Positions 1 to 12,018 of a stretch of DNA of 64,000 nucleotides are shown here, in pieces. The notes under the pieces were generated by a model, which saw only the letters and a program-made list of their open reading frames with translations, made no database searches and was not told the DNA's origin. The DNA comes from the human T2T-CHM13v2.0 reference genome, Homo sapiens. The position numbers were made by a program, and so were the translations under genes. The stretch's first letter is position 1. Every line of letters begins with the position of its first letter. The stretch lies in assembly GCF_009914755.1 (NCBI RefSeq), contig NC_060945.1. One strand, 5' to 3'.

Positions 1-384
1 TAGGCTCTGCCTACAGGGGGCTTGTGACCTACCTCTGCACTGATCACCCAGGTGATATAACTCTTCTCTAGGATCTGCCTACAGGGTGCTTTGTGACATA
101 TCCCTGCACTGATCACCCAGGTGACCTAACTCTGGTCTAAGCTCTGCCTAAAGGGGCATTGTGACAGATCTCTGCACTGATCACTCAGGTGATGTAACTA
201 TTGTCTAGGCTCTGATTAAAGGGGCCTTGTCACATATCCCTGCACTGATCACACAGGTGATGTAACTCTTGTGTAGACTCTGCTTCCTGGGCATATTGTG
301 ACACAACTATGCACTGATCACCTTAGTGATGTAACACTTGTGTAGGCTCGGCCTACAGAGGAATCTTGACATATCTCTGCACTG

Positions 385-2289
385 TTAAACGAGGTGATTT
401 AACTCTTGTCTAGGCTGTGCCCACAGGGGGATTGAGACATATCTCTGCACTGATCCCGAGTTGATCCAACTCTTGCCTGGTCTCTGCCTACTGGGGACAT
501 TGTGACATATCTCTGCACTGATCTCCCAGGTGCTGTAAATTTTGTCTAGGCTCTGGCTACACGGCATTGTGACTTATCACTGCACTGATCACCCAGGCGA
601 TACAACTCTTGTCTAGGCTCTGCCTACAATGGTCTTGTGACATATCTCTGCACTGATCACCCAGGTGATATAACTCTTCTCTAGGATCTGACCACGGGGT
701 GCTTTGTGACATATCCCTGCAATGATCACCCAGGTGATATACCACTTGCCAAGGCTCTGCTTACAGCGGCATTGCAATGTATCTCTGTACTGATCACCTA
801 GGTCTTCTAGCTATTTTCTAGGATCTGCCTACAGGGTGCTTTGTGACGGGTCCCAGCAAGGATTACCCAGGTGATGTACCTCTCATCAAGGCTCTGCCTA
901 CAGGCACATTGCGATATATCTCTGCACTGATCACCTAGGTCACGTAACTTTTGTCTAGGCTCTACCTACGATGGTATTGTGACATATCTCTGCACTAATC
1001 ATCCAAGTGATGTAACACTTGTCTAGGATGTGCCTAAATTAACTTTTTGACATAACCCTGTACTGATCATCCAGGTGATGGGGCTTTTGTCTAGGCTCTG
1101 CCTAAGGGGGCATTGTGACATATTTCTGCATTGATCAGCCAGGTGGCGAACCCTTCTCTCGGATCTGCCTATGGGGGCATTGTGAGAAATCTCTGCACTG
1201 ATCACCCAGGTGATGTAACTGTTGTGTAACCTCTGCCTACAGGGGAATTGTGAGAGATCTCCCCACTGATTACCCAAGTGATGTAACCATTGTCTAGGCT
1301 TTGCGTACAGGGGGCTTTGTGACATACCTTTGCACTGATCACCCAGGTGATGTAACACATCTAAGTTCGGCCTAAAGGAGCTTTGTGACACATCTCTGCA
1401 CTGATCACTTAGGTGATGTAACTCTTGTCTACCCTCTGTCCAACGGGGCATTGTGAAATATCTCAGGACTGAACACCCAGGTGATTCAACTCTTGACTAG
1501 GAACTGCCTACAGAGGTTATTGTGAAATATCTCTGCACTGATAAACTAGGTGGTGTAACCCTTGTCCAAGCTCTGCCTACAGGGGCGTTTCCACATATCC
1601 CTGAACTGATGACAAAGTGATGTAACTCTTGCCTAGGCTTTGCCTACAGGGGCATTGGACATATATCTGCACTGATCACCCAGGTGATGCAACTCTTGCC
1701 TAGGCTTTTCCTACAGGGGACACTGTGACATATCTCTTCAATGATCACTCATGTGATGCATCTCTTGCCTAGGCTTTGCCAACAGGGGACATTGTGACAT
1801 ATCTCTGCACTGATCTCCCTGGTACAGTAACTTTAGTCTAGGCTCTGGCTACACGGCATTGTGACATATCACTGCACTGATCAACCAGGTGATATAACTC
1901 TTGTATAGGCTCTGCCTACAGGGGGCTTGTGACCTACCTCTGCACTGATCACCCAGGTGATATAACTCTTCTCTAGGATCTGCCTACAGGGTGCTTTGTG
2001 ACATATCCCTGCACTGATCACCCAGGTGACCTAACTCTGGTCTAAGCTCTGCCTAAAGGGGCATTGTGACAGATCTCTGCACTGATCACTCAGGTGATGT
2101 AACCATTGTCTAGGATCTGCTTAAAGGGGCCTTGTCACATATCCCTGCACTGATCACCCAGGTGATGTAACTCTTGTCTAGGCTCTGCTTCCAGGGCATA
2201 TTGTGACATAACTATGCACTGATCACCTTAGTGATTTAACACTTGTGTAGGCTCGGCCTACAGAGGAATATAGACATATCTCTGCACTG
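385..2289. repeat. 28-mer HOR variant U1 (1,905 bp): 67-bp monomer deletion plus 1-bp deletion
   Basis: At 1401-1430 CACTTAGGTGATGTAAC runs straight into TCTTGTCTACCC, so the ACTTTTATAATC monomer is absent. GACAAAGTGA at 1611-1620 replaces the canonical GACAAAGGTGA. Confidence 0.93.
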
Positions 2290-4194
2290 TTAAACGGGGT
2301 GATTTAACTCTTGTCTAGGCTGTGCCCACAGGGGGATTGAGACATATCTCTGCACTGATCCCGAGGTGATCCAACTCTTGCCTGGTCTCTGCCTACTGGG
2401 GACATTGTGACATATCTCTGCACTGATCTCCCAGGTGCTGTAAATTTTGTCTAGGCTCTGGCTACACGGCATTGTGACTTATCACTGCACTGATCACCCA
2501 GGCGATACAACTCTTGTCTAGGCTCTGCCTACAATGGTCTTGTGACATATCTCTGCACTGATCACCCAGGTGATATAACTCTTCTCTAGGATCTGACCAC
2601 GGGGTGCTTTGTGACATATCCCTGCAATGATCACCCAGGTGATATACCACTTGCCAAGGCTCTGCTTACAGGGGCATTGCAATGTATCTCTGCACTGATC
2701 ACCTAGGTCTTGTAGCTATTTTCTAGGATCTGCCTACAGGGTGCTTTGTGACGGGTCCCAGCAAGGATTACCCAGGTGATGTACCTCTCATCAAGGCTCT
2801 GCCTACAGGCACATTGCGATATCTCTCTGCACTGATCACCTAGGTCATGTAACTTTTGTCTAGGCTCTACCTACGATGGTATTGTGACATATCTCTGCAC
2901 TAATCATCCAACTGATGTAACACTTGTCTAGGATGTGCCTAAATTAACTTTTTGACATAACCCTGTACTGATCATCCAGGTGATGGGGCTTTTGTCTAGG
3001 CTCTGCCTAAGGGGGCATTGTGACATATTTCTGCAATGATCACCCAGGTGGCGAACTCTTCTCTCGGATCTGCCTATGGGGGCATTGTGAGAAATCTCTG
3101 CACTGATCACCCAGGTGATGTAACTGTTGTGTAACCTCTGCCTACAGGGGAATTGTGAGAGATCTCGCCACTGATTACCCAAGTGATGTAACCATTGTCC
3201 AGGCTTTGCGTACAGGGGGCTTTGTGACATACCTTTGCACTGATCACCCAGGTGATGTAACACATCTAAGTTCGGCCTAAAGGAACTTTGTGACACACCT
3301 CTGCACTGATCACTTAGGTGATGTAACACTTTTATAATCACTGCCTACAGGGAATTTTGACAAATCTCTGCACTGATCACCTAGGTGATTCAACTCTTGA
3401 CTAGGAACTGCCTACAGAGGTTATTGTGAAATATCTCTGCACTGATAAACTAGGTGGTGTAAACCTTGTCCAAGCTCTGCCTACAGGGGCCTTTCCACAT
3501 ATCCCTGAACTGATGACAAAGGTGTTGTAACTCTTGCCTAGGCTTTGCCTACAGGGACATTGGACATATATCTGCACTGATCACCCAGGTGATGCAACTC
3601 TTGCCTAGGCTTTGCCTACAGGGTACACTGTGACATATCTCTTCAATGATCACTCATGTGATGCATCTCTTGCCTAGGCTTTGCCTACAGGGGACATTGT
3701 GACATATCTCTGCACTGATACCCCAGGTGCTGTAACTTTAGTCTAGACTCTGGCTACACGTCATTGTGACATATCACTGCACTGATGAACCAGGTGATAT
3801 AACTCTTGTATAGGCTCTGCCTACAGGGGGCTTGTGACCTACCTCTGCACTGATCACCCAGGTGATATAACTCTTCTCTAGGATCTGCCTACAGGGTGCT
3901 TTGTGACATATCCCTGCACTGATCATCCAGGTGACCTAACTCTGGTCTAAGCTCTGCCTAAAGGGGCATTGTGACAGATCTCTGCACTGATCACTCAGGT
4001 GATGTAACTATTGTCTAGGCTCTGCTTAAAGGGGCCTTGTCACATATCCCTGCACTGATCACCCAGGTGATGTAACTCTTGTCTAGGCTCTGCTTCCTGG
4101 GCATATTGTGACATAGCTATGCACTGATCACCTTAGTGATGTAACACTTGTGTAGGCTCGGCCTACAGAGGAATCTTGACATATCTCTGCACTG
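2290..4194. repeat. 28-mer HOR variant U2 (1,905 bp): loss of the CTACCCTCTGTCCAACGGGG monomer
   Basis: The junction CACCTAGGTGATTCAACTCTTGAC at ~3378-3401 skips 68 bp present in canonical units. Confidence 0.93.
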
Positions 4195-6167
4195 TTAAAC
4201 GAGGTGATTTAACTCTTGTCTAGGCTGTGCCCACAGGGGGATTGAGACATATCTCTGCACTGATCCCGAGGTGATCCAACTCTTGCCTGGTCTCTGCCTA
4301 CTGGGGACATTGTGACATATCTCTGCACTGATCTCCCAGGTGCTGTAAATTTTGTCTAGGCTCTGGCTACACGGCATTGTGACTTATCACTGCACTGATC
4401 ACCCAGGCGATACAACTCTTGTCTAGGCTCTGCCTACAATGGTCTTGTGACATATCTCTGCACTGATCACCCAGGTGATATAACTCTTCTCTAGGATCTG
4501 ACCACGGGGTGATTTGTGAAATATCCCTGCAATGATCACCCAGGTGATATACCACTTGCCAAGGCTCTGCTTACAGGGGCATTGCAATGTATCTCTGCAC
4601 TGATCACCTAGGTCTTGTAGCTATTTTCTAGGATCTGCCTACAGGGTGCTTTGTGACGTGTCCCAGCAAGGATTACCCAGGTGATGTACCTCTCACCAAG
4701 GCTCTGCCTACAGGCACATTGCGATATATCTCTGCACTGATCACCTAGGTCACGTAACTTTTGTCTAGGCTCTACCTACGATGGTATTGTGACATATCTC
4801 TGCACTAATCATCCAAGTGATGTAACACTTGTCTAGGATGTGCCTAAATTAACTTTTTGACATAACCCTGTACTGATCATCCAGGTGATGGGGCTTTTGT
4901 CTAGGCTCTGCCTAAGGGGGCATTGTGACATATTTGTGCATTGATCACCCAGGTGGCGAACTCTTCTCTCGGATCTGCCTATGGGGGCATTGTGAGAAAT
5001 CTCTGCACTGATCACCCAGGTGATGTAACTGTTGTGTAACCTCTGCCTACAGGGGAATTGTGAGAGATCTCCCCACTGATTACCCAAGTGATGTAACCAT
5101 TGTCTAGGCTTTGCGTACAGGGGGCTTTGTGACATACCTTTGCACTGATCACCCAGGTGATGTAACACATCTAAGTTCGGCCTAAAGGAGCTTTGTGACA
5201 CATCTCTGCACTGATCACTTAGGTGATGTAACACTTTTATAATCACTGCCTACAGGGAATTTTGACAAATCTCTGCACTGATCACCTAGGTGATGTAACT
5301 CTTGTCTACCCTCTGTCCAACGGGGCATTGTGAAATATCTCAGCACTGAACACCCAGGTGATTCAACTCTTGACTAGGAACTGCCTACAGAGGTTATTGT
5401 GAAATATCTCTGCACTGACAAACTAGGTGGTGTAACCCTTGTCCAAGCTCTGCCTACAGGGGCGTTTCCACATATCCCTGAACTGATGACAAAGGTGATG
5501 TAACTCTTGCCTAGGCTTTGCCTACAGGGACATTGGACATATATCTGCACTGATCACCCAGGTGATGCAACTCTTGCCTAGGCTTTGCCTACAGGGTACT
5601 CTGTGACATATCTCTTCAATGACCACTCATGTGATGCATCTCTTGCCTAGGCTTTGCCAACAGGGGACATTGTGACATATCTCTGCACTGATCTCCCTGG
5701 TACTGTAACTTTAGTCTAGGCTCTGGCTACACGGCATTGTGACATATCACTGCACTGATCAACCAGGTTATATAACTCTTGTATAGGCTCTGCCTACAGG
5801 GGGCTTGTGACCTACCTCTGCTCTGATTACCCAGGTGATATAACTCTTCTCTAGGATCTGCCTACAGGGTGCTTTGTGACATATCCCTGCACTGATCACC
5901 CAGGTGACCTAACTCTTGTCTAAGCTCTGCCTAAAGGGGCATTGTGACAGATCTCTGCACTGATCACTCAGGTGATGTAACTATTGTCTAGGCTCTGCTT
6001 AAAGGGGCCTTGTCACATATCCCTGCACTGATCACCCAGGTGATGTAACTCTTGTCTAGGCTCTGCTTCCAGGGCATATTGTGACATAACTATGCACTGA
6101 TCACCTTAGTGATTTAACACTTGTGTGGGCTCGGCCTACAGAGGAATCTTGACATATCTCTGCACTG
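4195..6167. repeat. Representative canonical 1,973-bp, 29-monomer HOR unit (U3)
   Basis: Once-per-unit landmarks (TTAAACGAGG, CCTAAATTAACTTTTTGAC, CACTTTTATAATCACTGCC) and the ORF triplets recur at 1,973 bp in most intervals. 1973/68 = 29.0. Units differ only by scattered SNPs, while neighbouring monomers are clearly more divergent. Confidence 0.95.
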
Positions 6168-9100
6168 TTAAACGAGGTGATTTAACTCTTGTCTAGGCTG
6201 TGCCCACAGGGGGATTGAGACATATCTCTGCACTGATCCCGAGGTGATCCAACTCTTGCCTGGTCTCTGCCTACTGTGGACATTGTGACATATCTCTGCA
6301 CTGATCTCCCAGGTGCTGTAAATTTTGTCTAGGCTCTGGCTACACGGCATTGTGACTTATCACTGCACTGATCACCCAGGCGATACAACTCTTGTCTAGG
6401 CTCCGCCTACAATGGTCTTGTGACATATCTCTGCACTGATCACCCAGGTGATATAACTCTTCTCTAGGATCTGACCACGGGGTGCTTTGTGACATATCCC
6501 TGCAATGATCACCCAGGTGATATACCACTTGCCAAGGCTCTGCTTACAGGGGCATTGCAATGTATCTCTGCACTGATCACCTAGGTCTTGTAGCTATTTT
6601 CTAGGATCTGCCTACAGGGTGCTTTGTGACGGGTCCCAGCAAGGATTACCCAGGTGATGTACCTCTCATCAAGGCTCTGCCTACAGGCACATTGCGATAT
6701 ATCTCTGCACTGATCACCTAGGTCATGTAACTTTTGTCTAGGCTCTACCTACGATGGTATTGTGACATATCTCTGCACTAATCATCCAACTGATGTAACA
6801 CTTGTCTAGGATGTGCCTAAATTAACTTTTTGACATAACCCTGTACTGATCATCCAGGTGATGGGGCTTTTGTCTAGGCTCTGCCTAAGGGGGCATTGTG
6901 ACATATTTCTGCAATGATCACCCAGGTGGCGAACTCTTCTCTCGGATCTGCCTATGGGGGCATTGTGAGAAATCTCTGCACTGATCACCCAGGTGATGTA
7001 ACTGTTGTGTAACCTCTGCCTACAGGGGAATTGTGAGAGATCTCGCCACTGATTACCCAAGTGATGTAACCATTGTCCAGGCTTTGCGTACAGGGGGCTT
7101 TGTGACATACCTTTGCACTGATCACCCAGGTGATGTAACACATCTAAGTTCGGCCTAAAGGAACTTTGTGACACACCTCTGCACTGATCACTTAGGTGAT
7201 GTAACACTTTTATAATCACTGCCTACAGGGAATTTTGACAAATCTCTGCACTGATCACCTAGGTGATGTAACTCTTGTCTACCCTCTGTCCAACGGGGCA
7301 TTGTGAAATATCTCAGCACTGAACACCCAGGTGATTCAACTCTTGACTAGGAACTGCCTACAGAGGTTATTGTGAAATATCTCTGCACTGATAAACTAGG
7401 TGGTGTAAACCTTGTCCAAGCTCTGCCTACAGGGGCGTTTCCACATATCCCTGAACTGATGACAAAGGTGTTGTAACTCTTGCCTAGGCTTTGCCTACAG
7501 GGACATTGGACATATATCTGCACTGATCACCCAGGTGATGCAACTCTTGCCTAGGCTTTGCCTACAGGGTACACTGTGACATATCTCTTCAATGATCACT
7601 CATGTGATGCATCTCTTGCCTAGGCTTTGCCTACAGGGGACATTGTGACATATCTCTGCACTGATATCCCAGGTGCTGTAACTTTAGTCTAGACTCTGGC
7701 TACACGGCATTGTGACATATCACTGCACTGATGAACCAGGTGATATAACTCTTGTATAGGCTCTGCCTACAGGGGGCTTGTGACCTACCTCTGCACTGAT
7801 CACCCAGGTGATATAACTCTTCTCTAGGATCTGCCTACAGGGTGCTTTGTGACATATCCCTGCACTGATCATCCAGGTGACCTAACTCTGGTCTAAGCTC
7901 TGCCTAAAGGGGCATTGTGACAGATCTCTGCACTGATCACTCAGGTGATGTAACTATTGTCTAGGCTCTGCTTAAAGGGGCCTTGTCACATATCCCTGCA
8001 CTGATCACCCAGGTGATGTAACTCTTGTCTAGGCTCTGCTTCCTGGGCATATTGTGACATAGCTATGCACTGATCACCTTAGTGATGTAACACTTGTGTA
8101 GGCTCGGCCTACAGAGGAATCTTGACATATCTCTGCACTGTTAAACGAGGTGATTTAACTCTTGTCTAGGCTGTGCCCACAGGGGGATTGAGACATATCT
8201 CTGCACTGATCCCGAGGTGATCCAACTCTTACCTGGTCTCTGCCTACTGGGGACATTGTGACATATCTCTGCACTGATCTCCCAGGTGCTGTAAATTTTG
8301 TCTAGGCTCTGGCTACACGGCATTGTGACTTATCACTGCACTGATCACCCAGGCGATACAACTCTTGTCTAGGCTCTGCCTACAATGGTCTTGTGACATA
8401 TCTCTGCACTGATCACCCAGGTGATATAACTCTTCTCTAGGATCTGACCACGGGGTGCTTTGTGACATATCCCTGCAATGATCACCCAGGTGATATACCA
8501 CTTGCCAAGGCTCTGCTTACAGGGGCATTGCAATGTATCTCTGCACTTATCACCTAGGTCTTGTAGCTATTTTCTAGGATCTGCCTGCAGGGTGCTTTGT
8601 GACGGGTCCCAGCAAGGATTACCCAGGTGATGTACCTCTCATCAAGGCTCTGCCTACAGGCACATTGCAATATATCTCTGCACTGATCACCTAGGTCACG
8701 TAACTTTTGTCTAGGCTCTACCTACGATGGTATTGTGACATATCTCTGCACTAATCATCCAAGTGATGTAACACTTGTCTATGATGTGCCTAAATTAACT
8801 TTTTGACATAACCCTGTACTGATCATCCAAGTGATGGGGCTTTTGTCTAGGCTCTGCCTAAGGGGGCATTGTGACATATTTCTGCATTGATCACCCAGGT
8901 GGCGAACTCTTCTCTCGGATCTGCCTATGGGGGCATTGTGAGAAATCTCTGCACTGATCACCCAGGTGATGTAACTGTTGTGTAACCTCTGCCTACAGGG
9001 GAATTGTGAGAGATCTCCCTACTGATTACCCAAGTGATGTAACCATTGTCTAGGCTTTGCGTACAGGGGGCTTTGTGACATACCTTTGCACTGATCAACC

Positions 9101-10113
9101 AGGTGATGTAACACATCTAAGTTCGGCCTAAAGGAGCTTTGTGACACATCTCTGCACTGATCACTTAGGTGATGTAACACTTTTATAATCACTGCCTACA
9201 GGGAATTTTGACAAATCTCTGCACTGATCACCTAGGTGATGTAACTCTTGTCTACCCTCTGTCCAACGGGGCATTGTGAAATATCTCAGCACTGAACACC
9301 CAGGTGATTCAACTCTTGACTTGGAACTGCCTACAGAGGTTATTGTGAAATATCTCTGCACTGATAAACTAGGTGGTGTAACCCTTGTCTAAGCTCTGCC
9401 TACAGGGGCGTTTCCACATATCCCTGAACTGATGACAAAGGTGATGTAACTCTTGCCTAGGCTTTGCCTACAGGGGCATTGGACATATATCTGCACTGAT
9501 CACCCAGGTGATGCAACTCTTGCCTAGGCTTTGCCTACAGGGGACACTGTGACATATCTCTTCAATGATCACTCATGTGATGCATCTCTTGCCTAGGCTT
9601 TGACAACAGGGGACATTGTGACATATCTCTGCACTGATCTCCCTGGTACTGTAACTTTAGTCTAGGCTCTGGCTACACGGCATTGTGACATATCACTGCA
9701 CTGATCAACCAGGTGATATAACTCTGGTATAGGCTCTGCCTACAGGGGGCTTGTGACCTACCTCTGCACTGATCACCCAGGTGATATAACTCTTCTCTAG
9801 GATCTGCCTACAGGGTGCTTTGTGACATATCCCTGCACTGATCACCCAGGTGACCTAACTCTGGTCTAAGCTCTGCCTAAAGGGGCATTGTGACAGATCT
9901 CTGCACTGATCACTCAGGTGATGTAACTATTGTCTAGGCTCTGCTTAAAGGGGCCTTGTCACATATCCCTGCACTGATCACCCAGGTGATGTAACTCTTG
10001 TCTAGGCTCTGCTTCCAGGGCATATTGTGACATAACTATGCACTGATCACCTTAGTGATTTAACACTTGTGTAGGCTCGGCCTACAGAGGAATCTTGACA
10101 TATCTCTGAACTG

Positions 10114-12018
10114 TTAAACGAGGTGATTTAACTCTTGTCTAGGCTGTGCCCACAGGGGGATTGAGACATATCTCTGCACTGATCCCGAGGTGATCCAACT
10201 CTTGCCTGGTCTCTGCCTACTGGGGACATTGTGACATATCTCTGCACTGATCTCCCAGGTGCTGTAAATTTTGTCTAGGCTCTGGCTACACGGCATTGTG
10301 ACTTATCACTGCACTGATCACCCAGGCGATACAACTCTTGTCTAGGCTCTGCCTACAATGGTCTTGTGACATATCTCTGCACTGATCACCCAGGTGATAT
10401 AACTCTTCTCTAGGATCTGACCACGGGGTGCTTTGTGAAATATCCCTGCAATGATCACCCAGGTGATATACCACTTGCCAAGGCTCTGCTTACAGGGGCA
10501 TTGCAATGTATCTCTGCACTGATCACCTAGGTCTTGTAGCTATTTTCTAGGATCTGCCTACAGGGTGCTTTGTGACGTGTCCCAGCAAGGATTACCCAGG
10601 TGATGTACCTCTCACCAAGGCTCTGCCTACAGGCACATTGCGATATATCTCTGCACTGATCACCTAGGTCACGTAACTTTTGTCTAGGCTCTACCTACGA
10701 TGGTATTGTGACATATCTCTGCACTAATCATCCAAGTGATGTAACACTTGTCTAGGATGTGCCTAAATTAACTTTTTGACATAACCCTGTACTGATCATC
10801 CAGGTGATGGGGCTTTTGTCTAGGCTCTGCCTAAGGGGGCATTGTGACATATTTGTGCATTGATCACCCAGGTGGCGAACTCTTCTCTCGGATCTGCCTA
10901 TGGGGGCATTGTGAGAAATCTCTGCACTGATCACCCAGGTGATGTAACTGTTGTGTAACCTCTGCCTACAGGGGAATTGTGAGAGATCTCCCCACTGATT
11001 ACCCAAGTGATGTAACCATTGTCTAGGCTTTGCGTACAGGGGGCTTTGTGACATACCTTTGCACTGATCACCCAGGTGATGTAACACATCTAAGTTCGGC
11101 CTAAAGGAGCTTTGTGACACATCTCTGCACTGATCACTTAGGTGATGTAACTCTTGTCTACCCTCTGTCCAACGGGGCATTGTGAAATATCTCAGGACTG
11201 AACACCCAGGTGATTCAACTCTTGACTAGGAACTGCCTACAGAGGTTATTGTGAAATATCTCTGCACTGATAAACTAGGTGGTGTAACCCTTGTCCAAGC
11301 TCTGCCTACAGGGGCGTTTCCACATATCCCTGAACTGATGACAAAGTGATGTAACTCTTGCCTAGGCTTTGCCTACAGGGGCATTGGACATATATCTGCA
11401 CTGATCACCCAGGTGATGCAACTCTTGCCTAGGCTTTTCCTACAGGGGACACTGTGACATATCTCTTCAATGATCACTCATGTGATGCATCTCTTGCCTA
11501 GGCTTTGCCAACAGGGGACATTGTGACATATCTCTGCACTGATCTCCCTGGTACAGTAACTTTAGTCTAGGCTCTGGCTACACGGCATTGTGACATATCA
11601 CTGCACTGATCAACCAGGTGATATAACTCTTGTATAGGCTCTGCCTACAGGGGGCTTGTGACCTACCTCTGCACTGATCACCCAGGTGATATAACTCTTC
11701 TCTAGGATCTGCCTACAGGGTGCTTTGTGACATATCCCTGCACTGATCACCCAGGTGACCTAACTCTGGTCTAAGCTCTGCCTAAAGGGGCATTGTGACA
11801 GATCTCTGCACTGATCACTCAGGTGATGTAACCATTGTCTAGGATCTGCTTAAAGGGGCCTTGTCACATATCCCTGCACTGATCACCCAGGTGATGTAAC
11901 TCTTGTCTAGGCTCTGCTTCCAGGGCATATTGTGACATAACTATGCACTGATCACCTTAGTGATTTAACACTTGTGTAGGCTCGGCCTACAGAGGAATAT
12001 AGACATATCTCTGCACTG
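10114..12018. repeat. 28-mer HOR variant U6 (1,905 bp), same deletions as U1
   Basis: Identical junction at 11139-11151 and the 1-bp deletion ACAAAGTGAT at 11341-11350. Confidence 0.93.

Noticed and set aside
5234-5245. TATA-like TTTTATAA once per HOR as a promoter
   Set aside because: It is a short AT-rich variant of one monomer that is deleted in U1 and U6 and mutated in others. There is no supporting evidence for transcription.
5281-5294. Resemblance of ATCACCTAGGTGAT to the palindromic T-box (Brachyury) site TCACACCTAGGTGTGA
   Set aside because: The match is partial and the half-sites lack the GTGTGA extension, so it cannot be called as a regulatory site.
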